A stretch of DNA of 63,980 bases, counting the filler, from Thraustochytrium aureum (lineage: Eukaryota): NCBI GenBank assembly GCA_012862495.1. It is 5 parts of 5 records of this genome, joined end to end, with 100 filler letters (N's around TTAATTAATTAA, not from the genome) between each part and the next. Parts side by side here need not be neighbours in the genome. Positions count along the whole stretch, not along the records: positions 1 to 24,684 come from BLSG01000072.1; positions 24,785 to 52,016 come from BLSG01000073.1; 3 more parts are not named here. The stretch is one strand, 5' to 3'. The notes beneath the pieces were generated by a model, which worked only from the letters and a program-made list of their open reading frames with translations, was not told the DNA's origin and made no database searches. Of this stretch, positions 21,999 to 34,013 are shown piece after piece (position 1 is the stretch's first letter; every line of letters starts with the position of its first letter). A program made the translations under genes and the position numbers.

Positions 21999-23000
21999 CC
22001 TGCGACCCGATCGCCCTGCCTCTTCCCCGCGNNNNNNNNNNNNNNNNNNNNNNNNNNNNNNNNNNNNNNNNNNNNNNNNNNNNNNNNNNNNNNNNNNNNN
22101 NNNNNNNNNNNNNNNNNNNNNNNNNNNNNNNNNNNNNNNNNNNNNNNNNNNNNNNNNNNNNNNNNNNNNNNNNNNNNNNNNNNNNNNNNNNNNNNNNNNN
22201 NNNNNNNNNNNNNNNNNNNNNNNNNNNNNNNNNNNNNNNNNNNNNNNNNNNNNNNNNNNNNNNNNNNNNNNNNNNNNNNNNNNNNNNNNNNNNNNNNNNN
22301 NNNNNNNNNNNNNNNNNNNNNNNNNNNNNNNNNNNNNNNNNNNNNNNNNNNNNNNNNNNNNNNNNNNNNNNNNNNNNNNNNNNNNNNNNNNNNNNNNNNN
22401 NNNNNNNNNNNNNNNNNNNNNNNNNNNNNNNNNNNNNNNNNNNNNNNNNNNNNNNNNNNNNNNNNNNNNNNNNNNNNNNNNNNNNNNNNNNNNNNNNNNN
22501 NNNNNNNNNNNNNNNNNNNNNNNNNNNNNNNNNNNNNNNNNNNNNNNNNNNNNNNNNNNNNNNNNNNNNNNNNNNNNNNNNNNNNNNNNNNNNNNNNNNN
22601 NNNNNNNNNNNNNNNNNNNNNNNNNNNNNNNNNNNNNNNNNNNNNNNNNNNNNNNNNNNNNNNNNNNNNNNNNNNNNNNNNNNNNNNNNNNNNNNNNNNN
22701 NNNNNNNNNNNNNNNNNNNNNNNNNNNNNNNNNNNNNNNNNNNNNNNNNNNNNNNNNNNNNNNNNNNNNNNNNNNNNNNNNNNNNNNNNNNNNNNNNNNN
22801 NNNNNNNNNNNNNNNNNNNNNNNNNNNNNNNNNNNNNNNNNNNNNNNNNNNNNNNNNNNNNNNNNNNNNNNNNNNNNNNNNNNNNNNNNNNNNNNNNNNN
22901 NNNNNNNNNNNNNNNNNNNNNNNNNNNNNNNNNNNNNNNNNNNNNNNNNNNNNNNNNNNNNNNNNNNNNNNNNNNNNNNNNNNNNNNNNNNNNNNNNNNN

Positions 23001-24684
23001 CGAGCAGGCCCAACGGGCCTCTGGGCGACGCGGCTTGCTGGATCGCCGCCGCCGCCAGACGCGCTGGACGGCCGAGCGCGAGGCACGTCACTAGCGCGAA
23101 CAGCCATGCGGAACGGGTCCGCCGCCTTGAGCGTCCCCACAGCCTGGTTCAAGCTGTCCGTCGCTTCCCGTGCCCGCACAGGCCTGGCTGGAGGAGAGGC
23201 TGCCACGCCCCCGCTGCCCTCGCGTGTGCGCCCCAGTCCTCCTCCACAACGCGCAAAGAGCTTTATGGAGCGAAACGCGACCGCATCTGCCATGCCGAGG
23301 GCCCGGTCTGCGCACGCTGAAAGCGCCCAGCCAAGCGCCAGCGACGAACGCACAGCCTGGATTACAAGCACAGGGTTGACTGCGACCTGGCCGGCGTCCA
23401 AGAACATGACGTTGGTGCACCCTGTTGCCTGGTCAAGCGCAAGCGACACTCCATGCATCGCGGCCCCGCTTGCAACGAGCGCGCCAGCGGCGGCCCCGCG
23501 TCCGTCCGCCGTCGTGCGGTTGGCCAGGCCGACCGTGCTCGACAGAGCAAGCTGCAGCGCTTCCACGAGAGCAGCCAGGGCTTGGCGCAGCGGGACAACT
23601 GCGTCGTGGACCGGAAGGGCAAGATCCATGACGCAGCGCCGCGCTTCCAGGTCGCGCGACGCGTTGACCTTGTTTAGCACGTCGGAAATAGCCCCACAAA
23701 TGTCCAGCAGCGCGTGCCCGGTTGCCTTCCAGTGGCTGAGCAGGACGGCCCGCTCGCGGGCTTCAAGCTCAACAGCGCCCCAGAGCTGAGACCGCCGCGC
23801 CTTCAGCGCAGTCCATGAGGAGGGCTTGAGGACCCGACGGTCTGCGGCAGCTATGAACAAGATCGTGTCAGCATCGCGCATGGGGTCGTGGTCTTCGCGA
23901 GGCGTGGAGAGAGTGCGCAGCCAGGCCTCGAGCGAGCCGCTTGAAGCGCTGGCCGTGAGGTCTCGCTCAAGGTGCGCAAAGACTGCGACGCAAGTGCGAA
24001 TGGCCCAGTCGCGCGCCCCGATCAGGTCGTCGCTGTCGAGTTGCAAGACGAGGACGTCCCACAACCTCCTCGAGCATGCTGCATGAAAGGGAACGTCCTT
24101 GGTGAACAGCGACATGAGCCATGTCGCCACGATGCCACGGCTCGCCGCGAGGAGCGGGCCGGCGAGCGACGGCATGGCCGCTGCGACGGCGTCGACCGCG
24201 GTCTGGGCGTCCACGTGCAGCGGCGCGGTCATGGAGGCCGGCTGCATCGGCTGGTGGCGGGCGCGAGCAACCACAGCGTTTGCTGTCTCGGTACTTTGCT
24301 CCGCAGCGGTCGGGCCTTGGCCGTCCAAAACACGGGCGTTCGCGTGCTGATTGTAGCCCTCCGAGGCCGACCGAAGTGCCAAATTGTGAGATGAGGCCGC
24401 GTTGACATGGTACGGCAGAAACACGTTCCCAATGGAGGCCCCCAGCAGCGCGTCCATCGATCGCGCGTCGCCAAGCGCACATACAATGTGGTTGGCGACC
24501 GCGAGCAGCTCTGGCGTCAGTCCGATGAACGGACGCTCGTCAAGAAAGCGCAGGACGGGGGCGCGGACCGGTTCGGGGACGTCGACGTTCATGCTGCGCA
24601 AGACCAGCTCGAGCCACTGTGCCTGGTCAAAGTTGTCGTGCAGTGCAAACGCAAATGAAGGGGACCGGCCACGCCACTAGCCCC
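23001..24684 (-). CDS. TBC (Rab-GAP)-like protein, partial (5' cut by scaffold join, 3' in gap)
   Basis: TBC C-terminal signature IVATWLMSLFTKDVPF...RRLWDVLV...AIRTCVAVF; LELVLRS...IGLTPELLAVA at the position of the YxQ motif. Confidence 0.6.
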
Positions 24685-24728
24685 NNNNNNNNNNNNNNNN
24701 NNNNNNNNNNNNNNNNNNNNNNNNNNNN

Positions 24729-24740
24729 TTAATTAATTAA
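24729..24740. other. Artificial scaffold-join linker TTAATTAATTAA (44N each side)
   Basis: Identical 100-nt unit repeated four times; stop codons in all six frames. Confidence 0.95.
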
Positions 24741-24852
24741 NNNNNNNNNNNNNNNNNNNNNNNNNNNNNNNNNNNNNNNNNNNNTTGGCGCGCTGCGCCA
24801 CAGTGGAGGGCGGTGGGACGTGCGCGAGGCCTCGTCCGGCGCGACCGCAGCG

Positions 24853-26044
24853 ATGAGGCTCGGCGGGAATCTGGCTCGCCTGGCCGGCAGGCGGAGGCCG
24901 CGCACGCGCGATGCGGCCAGGGGCGCGAGCGCCAGGCTTGGCACGCAAGCGACGGTGGCGGCACCGAGGGCGGCGGCCGCTGAAGCCGCCGCTGGGATGC
25001 ACGCGAGCTACGGGTTTGTGACGGCGGCAGCTGCGAAGGGACACCCTGAAAAGGTCGACAGGCACGCGCACGGAGAAGACGCCTTCTTCGTGCGGCCTGC
25101 GGAAAACGCGTTTGGCGTGGCGGACGGCGTGAGCCAGTGGATGGAGATGGACGTGGACGCCGGCCTGTACTCGCGACTGCTCATGGAGCGCTGTGACGCC
25201 GAGGTCGCGAAAATGGCCGAGGAGCGCGGCGTGATCGACCCGAAGGACGTCCTCGAGCGCGCATATCGGCAGACGCTCTCCACGGTGGGGAGCAGCACAG
25301 CCTGCATCGTCTCGCTCGACCAGGACGGCACCCTCCATGCCGCCAACCTGGGGGACTCGGGGTTTCTGGTGATCCGGTCTGGAGTCATGCGCGAGCCGCC
25401 CTATGCAACCATGAAGCGCGTCACGCCAATGGCGCCAAGCGCTCCGCAGTGGGACTTGGTGTACCGCTCGCATGACATGCAAAAGTACTTTAACTGCCCC
25501 GACCAGCTCGGCCCGGGCTGCCCAGACCGACCCGCGCGCGCGGAGACCTACTCGCTGCCCGTAAACCCGGGCGACATCGTCATTACTGCGAGCGACGGCC
25601 TCTTCGACAACTTCTCCGAGACGGAGATTTGCGTGCTCGTCAAGCAGCTCTCGTCGCAGCTTCAGCACGTCTTGCCAGAGGGCAACTTCGAGCTCGCGAC
25701 GGACAAGCTCGATGACTCGGGGGCCTGTCGAGGTGGCTTGGCGAGGTCGCGCACCGCCTCGTCGAGGAGGCGCACNNNNNNNNNNNNNNNNNNNNNNNNN
25801 NNNNNNNNNNNNNNNNNNNNNNNNNNNNNNNNNNNNNNNNNNNNNNNNNNNNNNNNNNNNNNNNNNNNNNNNNNNNNNNNNNNNNNNNNNNNNNNNNNNN
25901 NNNNNNNNNNNNNNNNNNNNNNNNNNNNNNNNNNNNNNNNNNNNNNNNNNNNNNNNNNNNNNNNNNNNNNNNNNNNNNNNNNNNNNNNNNNNNNNNNNNN
26001 NNNNNNNNNTTGCGGTCGTGGGCATGGTTGTCGCCAAGGACTAG
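24853..26044 (+). CDS. PPTC7: PTC7-type PP2C protein phosphatase, probably mitochondrial; crosses a gap
   Basis: GEDAFF, FGVADGVSQW, GSSTAC, AANLGDSGFLVIR, QKYFNCPDQLG, GDIVITASDGLFDN; C-terminal AVVGMVVAKD* after the gap; Arg/Ala-rich presequence. Confidence 0.9.
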
Positions 26045-26510
26045 GCGCCGGAGAATGTATAGGAATTCGTTGGCGGCGAGCAGCCGAGTGCCTGGGCGGC
26101 GGCCAGCGCGGTTGCGGCGCCGCCGAACTCTATCGGGCCGGGGCTGGCGGAGCGGTGCCCGCCGACGCCAGAAGTATTGCGCTGCATTTCTAGCTGAGCG
26201 CGGGCCGTCGCAGCGCGCTGCGACGGCCCTATTCCGGGCGATTGCATTGCTAGCTGTAGAGAGTGCTCTGCCTCTCAAGTATTCGCGGTCAAGTGTTCGG
26301 GGCCAAGTTGGCTCTCGTATTCGCGAGGCGCATGCGCTTCGCTGTTTCTGTTTTACACACAAAACTCGTCACGTCTGACTCTCGGCTTGCGCGCTCCCCT
26401 CGTTGTTCTTGTAGGTACCTCGCGAGAGCCTGGCGGCGCCTGACGACAAGCCAACCGGTGCGCGGCTGCGTTGCATGGCTGAGGCACAAAGAGAGAGTGG
26501 CCTTGGTTTG

Positions 26511-28682
26511 CTAGCTGGCCATGCCGTCGAGGCGCGCGGCGTCGCGCTGCAGCAGCTCGTCCAGTCGGGTAAAGTAGTTGAGCCTGTGCTTGAGCACCGT
26601 TTTCAGCCTGCGGTCAGGGTCTTCGGCGCAGGGCACCGTCTCGCGCTTGTACCGGTTCTGGGCCAGTCGCTTGTTCTCGATCCGGCGCGAATCCATCTCG
26701 CGCTTGCGGACCTGCTCAGGCGAGTTGCGGTACGCTGCGGAGGCCGACAGACTGAAAGCCTCTCGGCTCTCCGGGCGGAATCGGCTCGCCTCGCCACCAG
26801 AATACGTGTACGTGCCTTCCGTTCCGGGCTGCTCCCCAGGCACTGGGCGAATCAAGTTGGTCGTGTCATGCACCGGACGGTGCGTCCCGCGCTTCGGGAC
26901 CGTCAGCGCGGTATGCAAATCCGTCAAGTCAAAGCTTCCCCGTGGCTGCCCGCCTCGCGCCCGCGTGGATAGCTCCGCGGCCGATGTCGATGACCGCAGC
27001 GAACGCGGCGCCGTGGACGGCCGCAGCAGCGCGCTCGTCACCGACGGCCGTGGAACACCAAATAGCGAGGCGCGGGGCGCCGTCTGCGCGACCCCCCGAG
27101 ATGCCTGCTGCTCCTGCTGCTGGTGACGCTGATGCTGATGCTCTGTGCTGCCGATCGCCCCCAAAGCTGGCATGCTGCCGCTTCGGCATATTGCAGATGC
27201 CGGCCGCCTATCAGACCGAGCGCCGCTTCTACCTGTCGGAAACAGCTTGCGCTTCATGTTTATCCTCGTCGTTTCGACCGTGTTGGGCATCAAGTTCGAG
27301 TAGGATTGGCCAATATTGGCCGCCGTGGCAGTCTTGAGCGTCGTCGCAAGGTGGTCGGCAGGTGCTGATGCGTGCCCACCGCCGCCGAGGCCGCCGCCAA
27401 CAAGGTCCTCGCCATTGCGAAAGCTGAATGCAGCGTCGTCGCGCCGCGTGTCCACGCAACGGCGAAACTCGTCATAGTCCACGAACCCGCTCCCGTCCTG
27501 ATCAATATACCGCAGGAAAATGTCGACATCGCTCGGCTTGAGGCTGAGGTCCAGGCCGAGAAGAGCGCCCTTGAACTCTGCGTACGAGATGCGCCCGTCC
27601 CCGTTGGCGTCCATCGCGTCAAAAGCCGCCGCCACACTCGAAAACTCTTTCGATAGCTTGCTTGCTATGTTTCGCCGAACCCGCGCTGTGATCACGGCGC
27701 CGCGCACCCCGCGCGAGAGGCCTGCATGGATGTCGCTGGTCTCCACAACGTTGTTTCCGGGGGAGCGGGCACGCTGCTCCGTGTGTGCCACATCAGGCCC
27801 TCGTGCTTCCTCCTCGTCACTCGACTCGTCATCTCCGTCGCGCGGCGTTATGCGCGTGAATGCGCCAACGTCTTTCGGTGGAAACACCAAGTTGATAAAC
27901 TCCTCGTACTCGACGCCACCGTCCGAGCTGCGGTCAAACTTGCGAAACAACTGGTCCAGGTCCTCCTTGGAAGCCTCGAGGCCCACGCGAAGGAGGAACG
28001 AGTGAAGCTCCGCCACGCTTACGACGCCGTTCTTGTCGTCGTCGATCGACCGAAACTCCTTTTGCAAGGACCGCTTGGCCTGAAACTTGACCTTGAGGCG
28101 CTTGACCACCTCGTGAATCGGGAGCACGTGGCCGCGGCTCTTCGCGGCACGCTCGATCGATTCCTCGTCCACACCAAGTTGTCTCAGCCTGTCCTTCAGC
28201 TTGTCGACCGTCCCTTGCGCCGTGGACTTGGCGACGTCCTCGTCCTTGAAAATCAGGTCAATAAACCCGTCATAGGGGATATGCTTGCTCTGGCCGTCGC
28301 CAAAGTGCAGGCAGATTTCTTGCGCCTGCTTGGCACTGATGTTGCACCCGCACTTGCGGAAAATCGCCTCGAGCTCGACCGGGTCCACGACGCCGTCGCG
28401 GTTGGTGTCCCATGCAAGGAATACTTTGCGCAGAGATCGCTTTCCTGTATATCGCTGCTGGAGGCTCTTGGAGATAGAGTTGACCAGAGCCTCCAATACT
28501 ACGTTTTCCGTCCTGCCGTGCGCAAAGGCGGCGTCTGCCGCTTCACTTCGCAATAGTTTCGCCTGTTGCCGCCGGTGCAGCGCGTTTAGCCGCGAGTTTA
28601 GTGCAGGCCGCGCCAGAGGCTGCAGTTGCTGCTGCTTTTCCTGCCGGATCCGAGCGTGAGCCAAGGTTGCCGCCGCGCTCAT
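26511..28682 (-). CDS. Multi-EF-hand calcium-binding protein (three EF-hand pairs, 723 aa)
   Basis: Loops DTNRDGVVDPVE, DDDKNGVVSVAE, DRSSDGGVEYEE, DANGDGRISYAE, DQDGSGFVDYDE plus one degenerate loop. Confidence 0.88.
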   Translation of the reverse strand: MSAAATLAHARIRQEKQQQLQPLARPALNSRLNALHRRQQAKLLRSEAADAAFAHGRTENVVLEALVNSISKSLQQRYTGKRSLRKVFLAWDTNRDGVVDPVELEAIFRKCGCNISAKQAQEICLHFGDGQSKHIPYDGFIDLIFKDEDVAKSTAQGTVDKLKDRLRQLGVDEESIERAAKSRGHVLPIHEVVKRLKVKFQAKRSLQKEFRSIDDDKNGVVSVAELHSFLLRVGLEASKEDLDQLFRKFDRSSDGGVEYEEFINLVFPPKDVGAFTRITPRDGDDESSDEEEARGPDVAHTEQRARSPGNNVVETSDIHAGLSRGVRGAVITARVRRNIASKLSKEFSSVAAAFDAMDANGDGRISYAEFKGALLGLDLSLKPSDVDIFLRYIDQDGSGFVDYDEFRRCVDTRRDDAAFSFRNGEDLVGGGLGGGGHASAPADHLATTLKTATAANIGQSYSNLMPNTVETTRINMKRKLFPTGRSGARSDRRPASAICRSGSMPALGAIGSTEHQHQRHQQQEQQASRGVAQTAPRASLFGVPRPSVTSALLRPSTAPRSLRSSTSAAELSTRARGGQPRGSFDLTDLHTALTVPKRGTHRPVHDTTNLIRPVPGEQPGTEGTYTYSGGEASRFRPESREAFSLSASAAYRNSPEQVRKREMDSRRIENKRLAQNRYKRETVPCAEDPDRRLKTVLKHRLNYFTRLDELLQRDAARLDGMAS

Positions 28683-30095
28683 CGGCCTTCGCCCCTTCCC
28701 TGCGCGCCGCCTTGCAACTGCGGAAGCCCCTTCCTCGCGATCCGTGACCTTCCTGTTGGTCGCTCCGCACAGCGGCTGGCGCGCACGGCGAACGTGCGAC
28801 ATTTTGCCCAAGGGGCGCTCTGCCCTTTGAGAGCGGTGGCGTCAATGGCGCCCCGCTCCGCTGTCTGTGCCTCGTGCGCAGTGCACGCCGTGCGTCTGTG
28901 TCGGCGTCCGGCTGCAGACTTGCCGCGCGCAGCTCCAGCCGTGGTGACCTCGCGCGCTAGCGCAGAGGGTCCAAGTGCACTTTTTCCTCGCCAGTGAGCG
29001 TGCTCTGTCCAGCTCGTTGCTCGTAAAGCGTTGCCGATGAGCCAGGTCTTTCTGCGAGAAAGCAAGAGCAGACTTTGCCATACGTAGCCAGCAGCGCTGC
29101 CAGCCGCAAGCAAGGAAGAAAGGGTGCCCCCTTGCGCTGCTGGAAATAGGCGCCAGCGTCTTCGTCGACAGCCTCGTCCGCTCCTGGCCAGGCCCAGACC
29201 TCGCTCGTCCAAGCCAACCCAGCTCACGCATTCTGCCCTAGACTCCCAACGGACCTAACGGCTCTGTGGGCGAGGAGGCATTCCGCGCGATGGACTTCGA
29301 GGGCCTGGCCAACCCCTTGAGCTGCCTTTCGCCGCTTGCACCAAGCCGACGCGGCCTCCTCCGCAGAGTTGATCCGGCCGCATTGCTGCTGGCGCCAGGA
29401 GACGTTGTTCTTGGACGAGGCAGTGCCTTCGCTCTNNNNNNNNNNNNNNNNNNNNNNNNNNNNNNNNNNNNNNNNNNNNNNNNNNNNNNNNNNNNNNNNN
29501 NNNNNNNNNNNNNNNNNNNNNNNNNNNNNNNNNNNNNNNNNNNNNNNNNNNNNNNNNNNNNNNNNNNNNNNNNNNNNNNNNNNNNNNNNNNNNNNNNNNN
29601 NNNNNNNNNNNNNNNNNNNNNNNNNNNNNNNNNNNNNNNNNNNNNNNNNNNNNNNNNNNNNNNNNNNNNNNNNNNNNNNNNNNNNNNNNNNNNNNNNNNN
29701 NNNNNNNNNNNNNNNNNNNNNNNNNNNNNNNNNNNNNNNNNNNNNNNNNNNNNNNNNNNNNNNNNNNNNNNNNNNNNNNNNNNNNNNNNNNNNNNNNNNN
29801 NNNNNNNNNNNNNNNNNNNNNNNNNNNNNNNNNNNNNNNNNNNNNNAGCGCGCTGCGTGGCAACGCGAGCTGCGGCAGCACGGCCTAGCTCGATGCGACG
29901 CCTATTAGGTCGCCAGGTGCACCCAATCCATAGCAAAACCTCGCTGGACGTGAGAAGGGAAAATCCATACTCAGCTCGGAACGCGCAACCAACAACAACA
30001 AGTAAGAACTTGATAAAAACTGTTCTGCTCCTCCGCCACGCGACAGTCGGCCCGTCCCCCGCATCCTAGTTCTGATGAGCCGGCCCTGCGCGGGA

Positions 30096-32898
30096 CTAGG
30101 ACGCTTCTAGCTCCCTGCACAGCGCGACGACTCGGTCGCACAAGTCAGGGCTGCGGTGCTGGGCGCGGGCCACATTCGCTTTGGCCAGGATTGAATCGAC
30201 CGCCACCCTTGAGCGAACGAGGCCCTCGAGAACGCCGAAAACTGCAATTTGGACCTCCGCTTGGCGTCGTCCATGTGAATAAGGGCCGTGTCGGTAATAT
30301 AGTCTGCCGGCGTTCCCTTGAGCGCGTCTTGTGGGGCGACCCGGATCAATTCCAGCAGCGCCTGACAGGACGCGATCCGGACAGCGTCGTCCGCATCGTC
30401 AAAGCGCTTGATGATGTCGTGGTAGAGGTTTGTCACCATAAAGTGGTCCAACACCCTGCCGTGCTGGCCAAGCAAGCGAAACAGCCGCTCAAGGACCAGG
30501 CAAGTGAACCGGCGCGTGTCGGCCTCCATGTCGTCCAAGCAGGCTTTGAGCGAGGGCATCAGTTTCTCGAGTTGTTCAAAGACCAAGCCGCCTGTGCCGC
30601 GCTCTCGCCAATCATATGGCAGAGAGCAAAAACGCTCACCTTGCGGATCGTCGACGCCACCCGGCCTGCGCGCCAAACGAGGTTGGGCGAGATCACATCG
30701 TTGACCAGCCGCCCGAGGTGCTTGTCCAAAGCGCTTCCCAGAGCGTTCTCCTTGCCGGCTTGGCCTGCACTCGCACTTGAAACCATGCTCTCGAGCAGGG
30801 AGAGCATGCAGAGCCGAAGGTCCGCGTCCCGCTCGACGGGGGCGGTCTCTTCGAGAACGCTAACGACGAGACCAAGTTGGTCGACTTGGTCCAGGCCGTC
30901 CACGCCGACGCGTCGCACGAGCTGGTCAAACACACGCCTGTCCGCCGTGTACTTGGTCCACTTGGCAGCTTTACTCGCGTGAGGCCCGCTCGGCCCGTCG
31001 GCGCCCGCCGTGTCAACATCGCGCCCTGCGACGGCCGCCGGGAGAAGCGTTTTGCTGCAGGTCGCAGCAAGTGGGCGAACCTCGGGGTTGCCCTCGGCGT
31101 CCAGGTGCCCTGCGCATGCCGCGAGTAGGGCGACAGAGTCCTCTGCCTCGCTCTGCAAACCGGTCTCGGGGTCAGCCCCGCTCGTGACAAGCACGAGGAG
31201 GCCACGGAGGAGCCTGCATGTAGTAGAGTGGCGAAGGACAACCTCGCTCTCGCTCGCCTGGATCTCGCCTAGTAGCCGCTCGAGAACGGCCTGAATGGCA
31301 TGCAGCGCGTGCACTTGCATGTCGACGCTGTCGCTATCACAAAGTGTCGGCGCGCCAAGCGCCTCCGCGACCCTGTCGAGGTGGTTGACCAGTTCGGGGC
31401 TGCTTGGCAAGCCTAGCACAACGCCAGTGAGAACCGACAGTGCTCCAAGGCGCCGCGTCGCAGACTCTTCGGGCCTCTCGCCGCCGCCGTGCGTGGAGGC
31501 TGAGGGCGCGGCAGTGCCGTGGCACCGAGAAAGTACGAGGGTCAGCAGCTCTGGCGTAGAAAGGTTTCGCCCCAGAAGGCGTGCGCAGTCCACGGCAGCG
31601 TCTCTGACGGCTTGCTCCTCGTCCATGCTGGAGGAGAAGAGGGTGTCTGCGATGGATTCTGCGAAGGGCTGTGCGCTTTCCTCGGCGTAAACCAGCATGC
31701 AGCGCAACAAGGAAACAGCTCGAAACCGCTCTTGCGCGGTCCAATCTTGCGCCTCGCTGAGGATAGCGGGAAGCGCAGATGGCAGGGTCTGCACCACGAG
31801 CTGGCGCGCCCCAGGACCCGGGCGTCTGGTGAAGGGCTCGGGGAGGTCGCAGCCGCCCTCGCCACCCTCGCCACCCATGTCGTTGTCCTCGCGCTCCAGC
31901 AGCGGCGGCGGAGGGGGCGGCGCGGCAGCAGACGTGTTGCCGGCACCCTTGTGCGCTAGCGCTGCCAAGTGCGAAGCAGTGATCCGCTCGCCAACGGACT
32001 CGATGGTCTCCAACGTGAGGTCCTGGATCTGCTTGGCGGTGTCTGCGAGCCCAAAGAGAACGATCGGGAGCAAGTCTTTGTAGTACCGGTCTGCGTTTGG
32101 CATCCGCAGCATGAGCTCGCTGACCAAGTGCGTGCCTTGGATTCTCACCGCAGACGACCTGTCGTGATTGATGTTGCGGATTGCTGGCAAGATCCGCTCG
32201 CGCATGTGCTCGTCGAAGGTGGACGAGCTCGCAGCGCAGGTCAGCGCGAGGGACTTTATCGCCTCCAGCGAAGACTGGCGCACCTTGGAATGCTGGTGGC
32301 CCATGTTGGAGAGAAGTGGCGCCAGAAGAGTGCCGAGGTGAAAGTGCATGGCGTCCGGAAACTGCTCGCACAGCTTGACGCAGCAGATCGCGCACTGCTT
32401 TTTGTTGTCCGGGAAGGAGTCGCCGCCGCAAGCAGTGGCGACCACTTTGACGATTCGGGAGAGCTCGCGCGAGACGGCTGCGCGGCAGTTGGGGTGCTCC
32501 ACCATCTCTGTGGCGAACTCCATCCAGCTCAGGCGCAGCTCCTCGGACTCTTCGGCGAAGGGCGTCTGGCCCATTCTTTTCTCGGCCTTTTCCAGCGCCC
32601 GCGCGCAGAGCGCGTCGACAGTGTCTGGCTCTAGCGCGCGCGACTTGTCCTTTGCATTCCCGCGCTCGTCGTCTCGCAGCAGCTTGCTCAGCAGGCCGAG
32701 CGCAACCTCGCGGCACTTTTCTACTGGGTCTTCAAGCCGCCCAAGGAGTGGGTCTAACAGCACCTGGCTCAAGAACGCCGACCTCGATCCGGGCTCGTCA
32801 AAGTCGCAGCTCCTCTTCCCAAACAGGGCGTCCTCCAGCTTCTTGAGCGCTCGCGTCCGCGTGCTGCGGTCGGGCTCGGCGAGGCAGTTCACGTCGCG
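30096..32898 (-). CDS. DNAAF5: Dynein axonemal assembly factor 5 (HEATR2); start in gap; frameshifts near 30586 and 30260
   Basis: RDVNCL...DPVEKCRE, EESEELRL, DSFPDNKK, HQHSKVR, RPGPGAR, DWT..R, PNLVWRAGRVASTIR, C-terminal HRSPDLCD. Confidence 0.88.
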
Positions 32899-34013
32899 NN
32901 NNNNNNNNNNNNNNNNNNNNNNNNNNNNNNNNNNNNNNNNNNNNNNNNNNNNNNNNNNNNNNNNNNNNNNNNNNNNNNNNNNNNNNNNNNNNNNNNNNNN
33001 NNNNNNNNNNNNNNNNNNNNNNNNNNNNNNNNNNNNNNNNNNNNNNNNNNNNNNNNNNNNNNNNNNNNNNNNNNNNNNNNNNNNNNNNNNNNNNNNNNNN
33101 NNNNNNNNNNNNNNNNNNNNNNNNNNNNNNNNNNNNNNNNNNNNNNNNNNNNNNNNNNNNNNNNNNNNNNNNNNNNNNNNNNNNCGTCCCGGTTCGCGTG
33201 AGCAGCCGCGGCACCGTACGCAGCGCGCGCGCTTCAGGGTCTGCTGCTCTCGCGGTCAACCGTTGCGGGCGCGAACAGCGGTCGTGTTCACGCATCTACT
33301 CGTCCTCTTGGGGGTCACGGTGACGAGACCGCTCCTGGCGAATTCGAGTTTGCGCTGGTGCCGAAGGGCGACGACGAGCCGCAGGGACCCCGATCTCCTC
33401 GGGAGCTTGGCCACCAGCCAGAGCGACGAAGAGAGGCCGTGTGCTGCCAAACCAGCAGCAGGCCCTCGTCCTCAAACTATCCAGAGAATGACCCTGTGGA
33501 TGTGGGGCGAAGAAACCCATGCAAGTCGAGCTGCCGACCGGCTTCCAGAGCTCAGCACGGCGTGATTGATTCGCCGGGCTCGTGATCTCTGCCAGAGCGA
33601 GCTGCTCGACACCAAGCAGCTGGCAGCGCGAAGAGCAGCCGCACGAGACTGCGGCGCAAAACAAACAGTGCAAACCCAGGGTCCACCCCCTCCGCAGCCG
33701 AGGTCAGCAGCAGCAGCGCCAGGCAACCAGGACGTCGTGGCACCGCTTGGGGGACAAACACATACGCGCCGCGCGGGCTGGGCGCCCGCAGGAGCTCGTC
33801 CCGGCTCGAGCTTGCACTGCCGCACGCCAAGGAAGAAGAGCGTTTTTGACTTGCGATTTTTTCGCAGCCCATTCCGTTGTTCGTGCTGCACAGCTGGTGG
33901 TGGCCACAGGACAGCCCTGGCGAGCAGACGCCTGACAGCCTGACAGCATCGCGCGGCCTGTCTGCCAAGCACGTGGAGGGCTGCGCGGGCTTGGTCTTTT
34001 GAGCGCGCTGTCA

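Noticed and set aside
24729..24740. TTAA repeats as piggyBac target sites or regulatory elements
   Set aside because: Identical spacing inside N runs shows a synthetic six-frame stop linker
28950..29435. Short minus-strand ORFs upstream of the EF-hand gene
   Set aside because: No motif and inconsistent frames; could be the tail of a gene in the gap but this is unsupported
33184..33998. ORFs and a small hairpin (TGCGA-T5-TCGCA near 33852) between DNAAF5 and PRORP
   Set aside because: No coding or ncRNA hallmark; most simply a divergent promoter region
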